From Puccinia triticina (lineage: Eukaryota): a stretch of 64,000 nucleotides of DNA. The translations under genes and the position numbers were made by a program. The stretch's first letter is position 1, and each line of letters begins with the position of its first letter. The notes under the pieces are model-generated. The model did no database searches, was not told where the DNA came from, and saw nothing but the letters and a program-made list of their open reading frames with translations. The stretch is from assembly GCA_026914245.1 (NCBI GenBank), contig CP110440.1, positions 4,402,001 to 4,466,000 on the forward strand, written 5' to 3'. Shown in pieces: positions 34,296 through 48,458 of the stretch.

Positions 34296-35917
34296 GTAAA
34301 CTACTGAAGATTGCTGGTAAAGTTGATGTATTATCCGCGACTTAATGAATGAGTTTAACGGGTCGTTGAGGTGAAGGTTGCAGATGAAGTATATCCCTTT
34401 CTAAAGAGTAAGCTAGAAATCGCTTCCAAAACTCAACGCTCTACCTGCAGAGATTGACCCTTAAGAAGCCCAACAACAGTCGACCCAGCCGAGGCGTTTC
34501 CGCTCCCAACCCTGGCATCAAGTTACAGTCGAAACCCTCGTCTCGCTCCCCTGAGCTGTTGACGTCTACGGCCCAGCAACCGTAGGCGTCGCCCTTTTAC
34601 TATCAACTCTTATCTTATTGTAAGCGTTGAGGACAACCTACGCTGTCAACATTCAGTGACCCTTGACGATCATACTGAAGTATCTTTTGATGTCACGGTC
34701 ACCACACGGGTTCCTTCTACATGGAAGCCCGACCATCAGCATTGTTCCCTGATCAAAACTGTTGATTGAAGCCCGAGTGGTTGGTAGAGCAACTGGCCTG
34801 ACGCCTTAACATTGGAAGCCTTGGACGTAGCTTCTCTATGACGGCGCCGGGCTTGGCATAACGTCTTATCATTGCAAGACATCAAAACGAACAACTATTC
34901 TTCTCAAACATTACACCTTCCCCTTGTGTGCGCGTCATCCCCCTCGACGCCGATTGACCAATTTAGAGTTACCCCACCTCGGGCAAATTTTTTGACTCGT
35001 GGGTGGTCCATCGGACATCAGACCAATAATCTCAAACAGATCCACATGAAAAAGAATGTTTCTCGATTGCGTCATTTCCTGATTAACCATATGTGTAATT
35101 TTGCTAGATTAATCAATGAGAAGGAGATAATGAACTCAAACCCTCAAACTGATGGTTATCTTACCACATAACCCTTCTCATAATACATTCACGACACATT
35201 TGCCTGCCAACCATTTCAGGCCCTAAACAATAAGCTAAAGCTTTGAGGTGTCTTGCAATATTTTGGCTCTCGCGAAAGATTCTTAGGATGCTTCCATCCG
35301 AAGATATGTGTTGAACAGCTCTCAACAACCTAGCTAATGCTGTGACCCCAAGTTCAGTCAACGGCTGACGACGTGGATTGATCAACCTTGATCTTAATAT
35401 TTTGATCTTAATCAATACGCTTAATTTCGCGCTCATCCAGGATAATGTCACAAGCCAAATGAAAACAATGAGAAGCCAGCAACTTGCGCCTGATTAAACA
35501 CAATATGCCAATTAGGTCAGAAATTTGACAGGCAAATTCTGCCTAGATATAAACCGCTCAAAGATATGTTAAGTCACAATTAATTTTTGCCTGTTGTGAT
35601 GAACCATCTTTTTACGCGGATGCATTGATGAAATTCATCAGCTGATCCATTGATGGTATGATAACCTAGATACAATGACAAGTGATGTAACTGCTCCAAT
35701 TCGCAGGTGATGTGGTTGATTAAGTTGCGCATCTTATCCCCCTCGCTGCGTGGTTCAGGTTCAACCTCAGCATATTTGACATTGGCCAAGTAAAAGCAGC
35801 CTTCCGTCGACATCGTACCTCGTGACCAATCAAAGCACTCCCACGCCTAGCAAACTTTTTCGTGGAGTTTTTTGAAAATCAAGATCAGACTTGAGCACCG
35901 ACTTGAGCAAAAAAAGA

Positions 35918-38900
35918 CTAACCATTTTTGACTGCGGACTTGAAGATGAACTTGTGAACCACATTTATCACGCCTTCCTGATTGGCTGGTTTTGCTACAA
36001 GGAGATTCTTCACGTTCGAAACGCGAGAGAGTGCAACGTAGAGTTGTCCATGGGCAAAAATATCTGTTTGGAGCAAAACGCCGACAAACGCCAGAGTTTG
36101 CCCCTGGCTTTTGTTGATCAACATTGCGTAAGCCGGCCTTACGGGAAACTGGAAACGGAAAAATGATTGCCCTGATTGCTTATTCGCCTTGCTTTGGAGC
36201 TTGATGCGAGGCAATGTAACCTCTTCCCCTGCAAAGGGTCCTCCCATGAGAATCCCACACAAAACATGATCGGAAATCCTTGTGAGTAAGACTCGAGTCC
36301 CATTACAAATACCGCTCCCAATGCGCAAGTTGCGAGTTACCACAACTGGCATACCAACCTTCAGCTTTAGTGCATGTTCCGGTAGACCAGGGGGTGATAA
36401 CTTGTTCAAGTTTTCTTCCGGCAGGCTTTCGAAAGCATTGGGATCTGGCGTGTCAATTGAGAAGAGGACTGATGTTTCGCCAGGAAGCTTGGCCATTACT
36501 TCTTCATTCAGAGCTTTGACATCACGATTAAGCGGTGCCAAGATACATCGCTCGTTGAGATACGCGAGTTTCTCGGAGACAGATGCTTGGGCTTGATTTG
36601 CAATGCAACCATAGACAAAATCGATGAGCGCGTGGAAAGTAATTTCATCCGGTTCCAAGTTTACAGTTGAGATATTCTTGAGCTTCACGATTTCGAAGTC
36701 ATTTTGCTGATTAACGCCTTTGCCTAAGGCGAGAAGTCCTTTTGCAAATTTGACATTTGCATCTGATCCGTCATCCGCGAGCGCCTTTGAAAGCCTCATG
36801 TTTTCTGTCAGTTTGAGTTCAACAAGATGTTTCCAAATATGTGATGACTTCAACGTTGAAGCCCACGACTTTGGATACTCGTCGAACTTTACAACAGGAA
36901 GAATTTGCCTAAAATCACCAGCGAATACAACTGTTTTTCCGCCAAATAATTTATCGGAACGGCAAATCCTTTTTAGAGTAAGGTCAACGGCTTCGATGGC
37001 GAACCGATGGATCGTTACTATCTCGTCCCAAATGACCAGTTTGCATGATTTGAGCTTTTCCCCTAATATAGTGTCGACATCAACCAAACATTCGGCCCCT
37101 TCTAAAGGGTCAATTGGAATTTTGAAAGCTGAGTGAGCTGTTTGTCCACCGCGAAGGAGAAGTGCCGCCACTCCCGAAGACGCCACAATGATGTTAACAT
37201 GCCCTTGGAGTTCTGATGCGTCAATGATCGAATTCAAGAGAAATGTTTTACCAGTCCCCCCTGGTCCATCCACGTAAAACAACTTTCCGGTTGAACAACC
37301 CAGCGAATTGATAACTTTGCCGTAAATTGATTGTTGAGCCTTGTTGAACTTCAATCTTGCCCCATCAAGCCCTGATTTGACTTTATCTTGGTCAAAGGGA
37401 GCCTTACGTTCCAGCGCCATTTCATTGAGGAGACTCCTCTCTTCACGTGTGATATTGATGCCGCAAGATTCAAGCGAAGAGCCCATGCTCAAAATCATAG
37501 CTTCAAGTCTGAACAATCCCATGACCCGCCGTTCGTCCAATCTCAACTGGTGGCTATTCCTTTGTGTCATGTCAACCCTCATCATATCGTCCGTCAAGTT
37601 ATCCACATGATTTTCAAAGAGACTGTTCGGATCGGAGGGTGGAGAGTGGACGCAGATTATAGCAAACATTTGGGAAAGCTGGTATCCTGACTGGACCAAT
37701 CCAGCCTCCGTCATTGCAAGATCGTAAAGCAAATCATTGGCAAGTAGTCCTCGGCCGTTACAAGCAGCCTGATAGCTTTCAAAGAGAACGCCGTTAAACC
37801 TCCGGAAGTCATCGAAATGCATAGCTCCACGAACATGAAGTAAGAGAAGGCGGAGATAGAATTTCTGCCCAGCCAAATAAGAAACCGAGTAGATTCTCCC
37901 GACGGACTCGGACCTTGTCTTTCTTGGTTTCCATTGCTTAGTTGACTTATCCCACCAAAAAAAGGTTGGTACATTGGCGTAGAGCAGTGACCTCGCCCTT
38001 CGTCCCTTGGCCCCAATTGAATCGTTGATGTTTAGTTCCAAGAATCCGGTTAAAGTCGTTCGAGAGGCCATGCCGCTTTTAACTTGGCCTTCAGCTCCTT
38101 CGTTTTCATTGAAGTAGACGACATGCTCGTCTTCTTCATGAACATTCAACCTTGTGACCGCCGGCGACCTGTCTGATAGAGGAAACTTAAAGAGTCGCCA
38201 AGCGGCTTTGTACGAAGTTGGCGTAAGCATTACAGACTTTCTTCTTAAGGATTCAATTCACCCACCTTCAGGCGGAGAAATGTAACGTGCATCGACGTAA
38301 GCTTGTGTTTCATCTTCCATTTCCATGGCAAGATAGGTTCGGTCATGGCCTTTTGTAATATATTTATACAAATACTTAATTGCCGTAGAATGAACTGGGA
38401 TTTCAACATTTATATGACATTGAAACATTAATGTCAAGACACGGTTGAATGGAACTACTGAACCGTTGTCGAAGCGGGTCGTATGCTTAGTGATGAATCG
38501 TCCATTGTTTCTCCGGAGGTAAACAGGGTATGCTCCGTCAACAGTGACCGTTCGCGGGGAAAATGGTTTCGGGAATCCCAGTTTGCAAACCCCGTCCTTC
38601 CAGCAAGTCCTCCCTTTGCACGGGCCGTGCAGCATAAACCGGGTGACAAGAGCATGCAATTGAGGTTCTTCAAGTTCATCCGGGATTTCTGCGGAAACAA
38701 TCAAATCGATCTTTTCGGGTGTAGTAGGTTTGTCCTTATCATCGAGTGTTACCATCAAGTGGACGTGTGGAAGGCCTCTTTTCTGGAATTTGATTGTGTA
38801 TACGTAAGCTACAACACGTCCAAGTCGTTCCATTTTGACAAGTTCATTTATTAACGCTTTGACTTTCAACCTGAAGACCCGGGCAACAATTGTCGGATGG

Positions 38901-40549
38901 TTGAAGGCCTTCTCGCCCTTTGGAATCATTGCTGAAATGGCGACCCAATCTGGATTTGCTGTCATCGTAATAAACAGCGAGGGTGGGCCAAACTTGTTAC
39001 ATATTGCCATCGCGTCATAGTACAGTTGAGTCATTCCGCGGGGGCTACCAATGAACGTCGCCGGTAAGATGACCCTTCTTGCGTCAAATGTTTTCTGATT
39101 TTCAAGTCCTCTAATAAGTTGCTTGTATTGACTTGCTTTGAGTGCCGCCTGATTATTTCTGATGTACTGAAGCCGTTGGCGCTCCACACAGACGTACATG
39201 TCGACGACGAGTTCTTGCAGGAGGGACCGCCCGCGAAGAATTGCTGAAAAGTGACCAGGACGTTCGAATAGCAGGTGGGCATACCACTCAAGAGATCCAA
39301 CCTTCCTGTTTCAAACTGAACGACTTGTCAGCAATGTTAACTTCAAACTAAGAGATCGTGCTCACCTCGTTCTGTTGAGCATCTGTAGAGCTGGTGCCAT
39401 TGCTGTTCGCCCCTCGGGAAAAAAAGCGGGTAGCGGAGGGGAAAATAGGAAGAATGTGTATCGGATATGGAGACCAGTTTGTCATCCTTTCGATGAAGAA
39501 GGATATCCCTCTCTTCCAAGATTTCACCATCCCCAGAAACTACAGCTGCGACTTCACTCATTGTGGGTTCATTATACCTCTTTGGGTCATCCCCAGGTCG
39601 CAAAATTCCTTTTAACTTGAGTGTTTTCGCGTTGGCTTCGTCGAGGATTTTCCGGGCTGACTTGAAGACTTTAGAATAGGGGTTGTGACTGTACATGAAG
39701 CTCATGATAGTGGAAACAGTCGAAGGTAAAAGGCCGGCGACTCGCCCATTGGAAAACCCAATACCTTCAGCTTTCCAAACGCGGAGCTCTGCTTTGTTGG
39801 TGCCATGGTCGCCGACAACGAAAATTTGGGCAAACCCAGGGTTTGACTTGTCGACCGGTTCTATTCTAGATATCAAATGGGTTAACCCTCCTGACATCCT
39901 AAAGACGTTGACACCTAATGGTCCTTGCACTGTTCAATCGATATTTGCTTGTAAGGATGTAAATGAAACTGCATTGTTGTACATCCGGGTGAATTTTTGG
40001 AAGTTGGTTGCAGCTAAAAAGTTGATCGTTAGTGGGTTTTGATGACGAAAGTAATTTATGGCGCTTACAAGGTGTTGTGCCGGTAAATAAACTTTTGAGC
40101 ACATTTGGATAGCATTTTGCCGCTTCGTCGAAGATGGGGAGGCGGACCTTGTTCTTTCCGCAACACATCGTATAATCTATCACAGCCTTGTGTCGATCGC
40201 CCACAGAACATTCAGACGCCCAATGAAGTGCTCCACAGGAGCCACACGGACGGTTACATGTCCCTATGTTAACAGGAATCGTAGCAAAATTGTAAGATAA
40301 AATATGAGATTCGCAATTGCGGCCGGTGTTTGTGACTATTTTTCCTTTGATGTCTACCATGACTTGTGGAACTTGCCAGGCGGCGTTTAGGAATATTGGT
40401 CGTAAGATTTGGGTTGAATGAAGGAGAGACTTCCGGATTATTTGTCGGAAAATATTACCACCCTCAAGCTCGCTCTGAGGCCAATTTGCGGCTCGTAACC
40501 GTGTCTGTGATGTATAGATGGAGACCGCGGGTTGATACATGAGCAACAA
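35918..40549 (-). CDS. Helitron RepHel (HUH Rep plus Pif1 helicase), multi-exon, with point substitutions in conserved motifs
   Basis: Motifs [66 protein letters not shown] and [11 protein letters not shown]. The 5' end is approximate. Confidence 0.93.
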
Positions 40550-41334
40550 TCGTCAACAATGCGCTCAATACTGTCTGGTTGACAGTGGACTGGTTTGAAA
40601 TCAGATGGCTCTCACCGTGGCAGCGCCTGTTCAAATGAATTCACCCCACCGTTCCAGTCAAGGCACGTCTCAGCTGTTACAATTTCCCTGCGGTCAAGCA
40701 GCACACAGTCTTTAAAATCAACTTTATCGGACCTTCGCTGCAAAGTCCCTGCAAAGATTTAGCGGCAAGGTGTGCAAGTATTTTGATTTCAACGAGCAAT
40801 ACCCAGAAGTTCAACTGGGCACAGGGCAGTTAAAATAACGACTCGAATAAGCTCACGGGCACGAGTTGATGTTCAATTTTCACAAAGGCAAGTTCATTAT
40901 CCAATTGACTCGACGTTCTCCTCTGGCTTACATGACACATTAAAAGCAACCGAGCAGCTAGATCAGACAGTAAGCCTCGCCGGATACACTTTGACGGTTA
41001 CATGATAATTCGGTCAAACTAAAAGATCAATCAAACAGTTGATGACGCAGGATCTTACTGAGATATGCTGAAATGGAAAAAATGAAAGCATCTGACAGTG
41101 ATTATCAAAGAAATATGAAAAAGTTTTACTGACTGGCAACGCTCATTGTCCGAGTATGAGAGCACTTTTGAAAAAGGAGATGTCGAAAGGATTCTGGAGC
41201 ATCGCTAGAAAGCGTGCATGAATTTGATGTGAGACTTATAAGAGCCAAAATTCCAAGCATGAGTTGAGTCGAAGAAGTACTGGTGTTGGGGGAACCGGCG
41301 GGTGGCGAATTGTTGGTGGATGTTACAACCCTCT

Positions 41335-42563
41335 TCATAACTTCTTGAGCCTTTTCGCAGCATCCTTGAGAATTGCCTTACGAGGTCGGCCACGTCCCGT
41401 TTTTGGACAGTTATCGTCGTCTTCCTCCTCCGCCGGTTCAGATTGGGGTTCATCCTCCACCCCATGTTCTTCTTCGAGAAATTCTTTGGGCGAGGCTTTT
41501 TGTTTGCCTTTAGAGTCCGATCCTCCTGCTTCGGGAGTCATTTGAATGAAGGTTTGCTTCGCTGGAGACACAGATGGGCTTGGTGAATCCGACGGCGAGT
41601 CGGTGTTCCCTAGTTTCACTCTGAGATAACCAGTGAGTCGTCAGGGTCAAGATGGAGAGACGGCTGGAACTAACATGTTACGACCTCTACCGTGGATGCC
41701 GACCTTGATAGGAGACAAAGATCCGGAAGCGCGGCTTGGTTGGTGTCCGCTTGTTATACTACAATCGCTGACCTGTAAGAATTTTTTTTAGTTTGGCTAC
41801 TTTGCTGGTGATCAAATTATCTTACAAGGACAATTGCGATTTTCTCCTTGGTATCAAAATCCACAAGGACGCCCGCAATCTCGCATTCTCGGCCAATGAC
41901 GTAAAGCGAGTGCGTTTTAATGAAGTTTTTCGTGCCGGGGACGACATACTTGACTTTGAAAGTTTTGTGCCGGCGCTCCTGAAGAGACAGAGGTTAATTT
42001 ATGTAACGGTGAGACGAAGATCAAGCTTACTTGGGCGTCCCAGTCGTTGTGTTCCATGATGACTTCCAATCGGCTATTGTTTCCAATGACAATTTCATCG
42101 CGTTTGATGACCAAGCCTAACCCGAGAATATTGGTTTTATTGATAAAATCAAATCCTTCGTTGCCAACTTCGCGGATGCGTGAGACAGAGTGTTGGTTGT
42201 ATGTTAAAATCGGGGTTTTGCCATCGTTGGTGGCAATCAATTTCCCTGACATGTAGTAAATGTTGTTCGGGAGGAGCAGGTTAGTAAGGGCCGTGTTTGT
42301 ATTCAAAGTGACTTCGAAGTCCCGATGGGTAGAACCGTCCAGCCCGCCGCATTGAAAGAACGACTGAGTTGTCACATTTCCGTACTGATTTGCTCGGATA
42401 TTCTCAGGGATCGACTGGACGAAACGTCAGGGTGAAGACAATTATGTGAGCAAAGCAATAGTGGGAGAGGTACGGAGATTATCGATAATCAACAAACCTC
42501 TTCCAAAGGTTCGTATAGGCTAGTCGTGTGGACTGGGTGGTTGGGGGCCCTGTTTAATGCCAT
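41335..42563 (-). CDS. Helitron accessory gene A (multi-exon) with an acidic tail and AT-hook
   Basis: ATG at 42563 (MALNRAPNHPVHT). Exons include ORFs 41917-42375 and 41335-41619. The C-terminus has KTGRGRPRK. Confidence 0.6.
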
Positions 42564-42844
42564 TTTGCGCGGCGAAACTGATTGTAAAGTTTGGGGAGAT
42601 TAAGTTTGGATAATTTGGATTACCGGTAGACGAAGGGTGATTGGATGTTGAGTGTAACTGTTGGATTGAAGGTGGAAGTGATAGCAGTAGTTGAAGAGAA
42701 GTGGGAAATTGAATGAGTTAGTTTAAGAGCGCAGACAGGGGTTATTTATAGTCGACGACACGGCGACCGTTCTTTAGGGAAATAATGCAAAATTGGCCCC
42801 GATTGGAGTGCACGTTCAAGCGAAGAGCTCGAGTCTGTAAGCAT

Positions 42845-43305
42845 GATTGTTAGGCCCTCGTGAAACGAAGTGTGACTCGAGATAGTGAACCCTTTTTCTG
42901 AAACTTCGCGACACCGTTGAGATTTCAGCCAACATTCACCTGCTGGGTTACTGTAAATATGGAGACGACCGTGGGTCCAGATGTTCGGCGTCTGAGTAGA
43001 TGAAACGAGGAGGTTTTGATCCCCACGACGGGCTTGAAGAGGTCGGCAAGGCGAGAACACTCGCCAAATACTGGATTGTTAGACCCTGATCAATCGACGT
43101 GTGACTCGACTTGTTGAACCCTTTGCCTGAGAGTTGGCAACACCTTTGAGATTTCAGGCAACGTTCGCCGAGTTCGTCGCTGTAAATATGGAGATGACCG
43201 TGGCTCAAGAGATTTGGCGTCTGAGGAAATGAAACGTGGAGGTCTTGACACGCACAACAGGCTTGAAGAGGGAGGCAAAGCCAAAACCTGCGCCAAGTAC
43301 TCGCC
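42845..43305. repeat. Two diverged ~229-bp tandem copies upstream of Helitron gene A
   Basis: TTGTTAG.CCCT....GTGTGACTCGA and CTGTAAATATGGAGA.GACCGTGG each occur twice at this spacing. Confidence 0.7.
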
Positions 43306-44537
43306 GAATCAGGGGCAGATAGGCGTGAATGTTTATTCTGGTTGCGAGTATCGAGGATAAGGGGATGAATATTCCGGTTTGGGAGAAGGGTGTGACACGT
43401 ACATCAACCCTCTGCGGTGGGGATAGGCCCATACCAGGCGGGAGATAATTGGTATTTGGTTCAGTCCTGGGGGTGGAAAAAGTTGGGCTTCATAGGAGTT
43501 GTCGTGTAGTTAGCACGGAGGCTCGCGTCAGATGTCCAAATGGGGAAAGCATTAGGGCGTCCGCTGTATCGAGTTCTGGGAGAGCGTGGGCTAGCCAGGC
43601 TTGTGTGAACCCTTGCGGATCTCGGCTCAAGGGCACAGCATCCATTTAAGGAGAGGTTGAATTCGGCAAGTTGTCTGGGATGGGCAAGTTTCCCCTGTTG
43701 CAAGTGCGCAGGTTGAAATAAGTCCGTTCATACTTTAAACTTCAGAATTTTACTTTGAACATAAACTTCAGAATTTTACTTTGAACATTAGCTTGCGAGG
43801 CATTTGCCAACGGGTTATATATTTGATGAGCTGCTATGACATAAATATTCGAAATGGCCAGTAGTATAACTTTGCAAAAAGATACAGTATTCGAGGAATC
43901 ATCCGGCCGCACTTGCGGAAGGATATTTCCGGGGCTGTTGAGGCCGAAAAAAGTAGACACACTTGTGGAATCTTTTGGGTGCCAGATTTATCGACTCGTA
44001 CGCTGTGCATTTGCCAGTAGTAGAACTTTACAATAAAAAGAGTATTTGAGACAACCTCCGGCCGCACTTGCGGAGAGATTTTTCCGGGAGTCTCGAGGTT
44101 GAACGCATCAAAATAATTTTACTTTTATAAAAATTTGCCCACCTTCAACCCCTTGCGATTGCAACAGGCGAGGTGGTTAAATCCGGCACCTTTTCATTCA
44201 TGTTTCATGAATTGGGGAGCCAGTCCGAGTGCATTAATGTTTGGGGACTTAAAATAATTTTTTTGCGGCATCAAGTGAACCTACTTTTGCCAAGAAAAAT
44301 AGAAAGAAATGCAAGGCAAAATGCCAAAACATGAAGCCTTTGGGGTTTCTTAAGAGAGGTGGGGGGAAACCCTTGATCTAAATTTCCACGAAAGTGTGGA
44401 TTTAATATACTTAGATACCCCAAGCATTTGTAGTCCCAATCGCAAGGATTAGTGCTGGCACCGAGCTAAATATCAAAAAAAAAGTGTTGTCAATTTCAGT
44501 TGCACACAAATGAACTGATTACGTTGGGTATACCGCA

Positions 44538-45539
44538 TAAAGATGTCACTTGATACCCGGGTACCCGCCACAGGTGTGGGTACCTCCCCAAAAAACCACT
44601 AATTCTCAGCACCCGCACCCGCACCGGCACACCTCTGAGGAGCAGGAAGCAGGTACCCGGGTACCTGCGGTAGGTACCCGCGGGTGTGGAGAATTTTTGC
44701 GGCTAAGTAAGCAAGGAAGCCTTCTCGGCCAGTTGGTGTATGTATACCACCCCGCCGAGAGGAAGCCCTCTTGGCGAGCTGGTGTACGTGTTCCAGCCCG
44801 CCGAGAGAAAGCCCTCTTGGCGAGCTGGTGGACGTGTTCCAGCCCGCCGAGAGGAAGCCCTCTTGGCGAGCTGGTGTACGTGTTCCAGCCTGCCGAGAGG
44901 AAGCCCTCTTGGCGAGCTGGTATATGTATACCAGCCAGCCGAGAGGAAGCCCTCTCGGGAGCTGGCGTGAAGCCCTCTCGGCGAGCTGGCGTATGTATAC
45001 CAGCCAGCCGAGAGGAAGCCCTCTCGGCGAGCTGGTGGATGTATACCAGCCAGTCGAGAGGAAGCGCTCTCGGCGAGCTGGTGTATGTATACCAGCCAGC
45101 CGAGAGGAAGCCCTCTCGGCGAGCTGGTGTATGTATACCAGCTAGCCGAGAGGAAGCCCTCTCGGCGAGCTGGTGTATGTATACCAGCCAGCCGAGAGGA
45201 AGCCCTCTCGGCGAGCTGGTGTATCATACCAGCCCGTCAAGAGGAATCCCTCTCGGCGACGAGCTGGTGTATGTGTAGTATACCCACTCGCCAAGAAGGA
45301 TCCATCTTGGCGAGTTGGTATATGTATACCAGCTCACCGAGTGGAATCCCTCTTGGCGAGGGGTTGTTTGTATACCGCTCGCCATGAGGGATTCCACTTG
45401 GCGAGGTAGACGGGTAGTGGGGGGGTAGCAGCTCATCAGGCCAGACACCCGCACCCGCCGGCGGGTACCTGCTAGCCGCCAACAGGTGCCCGCCCACGGA
45501 CACAAGGTACCCGCAAAGAGGTACCTGATGACATCTCTA
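44538..45539. mobile_element. Non-autonomous hAT-like element with an internal 46-bp double-hairpin minisatellite (~14 units, about 44720-45405)
   Basis: Ends TAAGATGTCA and TGACATCTCTA, with 8-bp flanks ATACCGCA/ATGCCGCT and subterminal GGTACCCG motifs. Unit is GCCGAGAGGAAGCCCTCTCGGCGAGCTGGTGTATGTATACCAGCCA. Confidence 0.8.
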
Positions 45540-46370
45540 ATGCCGCTTGGTGGTACTATTGCCGTGGCGTTGGTTGTGAACCAACGAGGCAAGAGGAAGG
45601 GTCCGAAGACGGACGAGTTTGATCCGGATAGGTCGCGTGGGAGCCCGTTGTTATCGACAGCGAGGCGTGGGCGGTGGCGGTGGCCGCGGGTGACAAACAG
45701 GTATGTATTGCATTGGTTCAGAATTGGGTGGCGACCCAACGTCTATTTAAGGAGGGAGGAGGAGGTGTGTTTCCCCCCAGGGGATCCGGTTTCGTCCTAC
45801 CCCCTCCCTGGAGCCCGCCAATTGCTTGATTGGGGCCTCCTTGATTTAATATTTGACCGGCCTTCTTTTGCCTGTTGCTGCGGCACAGGCTGGAGGGTCA
45901 ATCCGAGGTGCCCTCCAGGGTGTTTGGGGATTAAATTCAAATTTGTGGAGTGATTTTGCAAAAGGTCATAGGCAAAAACTTAGATTAGAAACCAAAATCA
46001 CAAAATAATATCCCAATACAGTCAGCACTGCCATACTACACAGGGCCTGAATGAATTGCACACATCCCAACAAGTGTCAGAAAAAAAATGAAAACTCCGA
46101 GGAAGAAAGGTGAAAAAAATTGGAGGAGGGCCTGAGGAAAGAGCTCAGAAAAAACAGATAATGTTTCAAGGAGCCCTCTTTGAGGGAAGGGGTCCAGTGT
46201 AAGAGACCTGGCTCAGAGCTTGAGAGGCAAAAAAGTACAAACTATGCATGGGATTTGGGAAATGAGAAGAAAATGATAAAAACCCAAGCATACTAGTTTT
46301 TTTTCAATATCATAAGTTTTTTTGCTTTTGAAATTCCTACTAGAATTCAATGTCATTATTGCCCCTGTAT

Positions 46371-48150
46371 TCATGAGCTGGCCATATCTTTTATTTTTTT
46401 GGTAAAATTCTCAATTGAAAGACAGAATATTTTGTTAAAAAAACAAGTGGAAATCATCTCCTTGTAGGTAGTGTTGAAGAAAACCTCCTTTACATTGGTG
46501 TCTGATTCATGAAACCAGATCTTCAAGCACCTCCAAAGCAATGCATCAATAGAATCAAAGTTATTTAAAAGGTTATCTTTGCTTGCAGAAATATTATAAT
46601 CAAGTATCAATCCCTCTGATTCCATTGTGGATTGAGGAACCTTTTGTGAATCATGTATCTTTTTGAAGACTTGAGTTGCATGTGCTAATTTTATTGAATA
46701 TTGCTCTAAAGTATATTTCCCTTTGATTCTAGGATTGAATGTTTCAATCATCTCAACATAAAACAAGTACATTACTAGTAACTTTTTCAATCTTATACTT
46801 CCAGAAGGAATGACATCCTTGAATAGAACATTGGTTCTTTGTTCCCAAAATTTGACCCAAGCTTTCATATTCTGTGCTATGATACTGCTTTTCTGGTGAA
46901 TGTAGGATCTTCTAGGTCTTTGTGTTTTGTACTTGTCCTTCAACTCAAGAAATGAATCTTCTCTCATAAGCAGGTAACAAGTTTCAAACATATGTCTTGC
47001 AGCTTCAGCTGTGATTTTTTCAGTTATATATTCCCCACCTTGGAAAAGCTTTCTGACTTGTTTGATGATAAGCACATCTTCCATCAATGGGTCAGAACCA
47101 ACCTTAAGAATTTCATCTGTAAACTCAAGTTTCAAAACATGGTGCTTGTAGTTGTAATAAATTGATGGTTTGCCTTCAGGAATATTTACACTTTCATGAA
47201 TCACCACAGGTCCAATTTCTGGTTTAATATCTGGCTGATGGAGTTTGGTTTCCTGTTTGATAAATGGTGTGGGAAGAAAAGTCCTACTTGACAGAAAATC
47301 CAAAGAATGGCTGAAAATAGCTGATTCTTCACGTTGCTTGGTGTTGGGTACCATTGGAGATCCTGAGTCGGGGTTTTCCATCCAAAATTTCGCAACTGGT
47401 GGAAATTTGTGCTCTTTTTCACTTTCAATTTTAATTTTGAATTTCAGCTTGGTAGGAGCAGGATGTTTTGGAACCAGAGTTTGTTCATAATTTTGCCTCT
47501 CTTCCATATTCATGTCATTGGTGCTTGTTCTATCTGTGACAGTGGTCTGTATTTTGATTCTAGGAAGATTATCTATGGTGGATGCTTCAGACTTTTTAAG
47601 GGATTTAGTTCTGTCTTGTGGATTTTGAAAGTCATTGTGGAATCTGAGGTTAATGGGAAGCTCCATGTATTTCTTTCTTTTATTTGGTTGGTTAATTCTG
47701 ATTTGAGTTTCAGAAGTTTTTTCAACTATTGATTTTCCAGAAGCTACACTGTGGGGGACTGAAATGATGTTTTGTAAATCATCTTCTGGAGTCTGAGACA
47801 GACAAAATGAAAAATATGGTGTATTTTTCATATGTTTCATACTGGGGCAAGCTTCAAGTGTTGAAAGAAAGTCAATCTCTTTAGTTGGCTCTTGAATTTT
47901 TGAGCTTGAGCTTGAAGAATCTGTGTTCCAATTTGTGAAATCCATGAATTGTGGATTGATTTCATCATTCTCAGGTTTAACTGCTGTTTCAATCAAATTT
48001 TAGCTGCAAGAATACTATAGATTGTGGAAAGCAAGGCATCATCTCACCTTCCCATAAGGAAATGAGATCCTTGGTTCTGTGGGGTGATTCTTCCATGGCA
48101 GATATTGTGACCAACTCTAAAAATATCATTCCACAAATGCTGATCCTCAT
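46371..48150 (-). CDS. Candidate secreted protein, paralog 1 (2 exons, ~570 aa)
   Basis: Exon 1 is MRISICGMIFLELVTISAMEESPHRTKDLISLWE (signal-peptide-like). A short GT-AG intron at about 48047-47985 joins it to the 541-aa ORF. Confidence 0.8.
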
Positions 48151-48458
48151 GTTATTGTGCGTTTAGAATTTCAACTTTCACAATTCTCCTTCTTCCAATC
48201 AGCTTGAGAAAAATATTTCTGGAACAGTGAATCAAAGATTTGGAACTGACTAAGCTTTTGAAAAACCAATGTGAATTTTTCAAGACCCTCTGAGGTGGAG
48301 GATTTCAGAAAGCTCCCCAGGCAACACCATCTGACAGACTAGATTCTGTTTCATGCATCAAGGTTTGTTACACTATTTTTTGTCACATGTATCAGCTTTG
48401 TGTATGCAACAAAAATAGACAACACTCACACCTGAAATATGAACTCAAGGGTTGAAAA

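Larger units (their letters stand above)
31801..44500 (-). mobile_element. Helitron with RepHel and accessory genes (3' end precise, 5' end not located)
   Basis: 3' end on -: hairpin GCAGCTGCG-GCGG-CGCAGCCGC, 8 nt, CTAG|T at 31801. The RepHel gene is on the same strand. Confidence 0.8.

Noticed and set aside
34300..35900. Further Helitron passenger genes
   Set aside because: Only short ORFs without recognisable motifs; I could not build a supported gene model.
44550..45503. Overlapping repetitive ORFs
   Set aside because: They derive from the 46-bp minisatellite and have no domain features.
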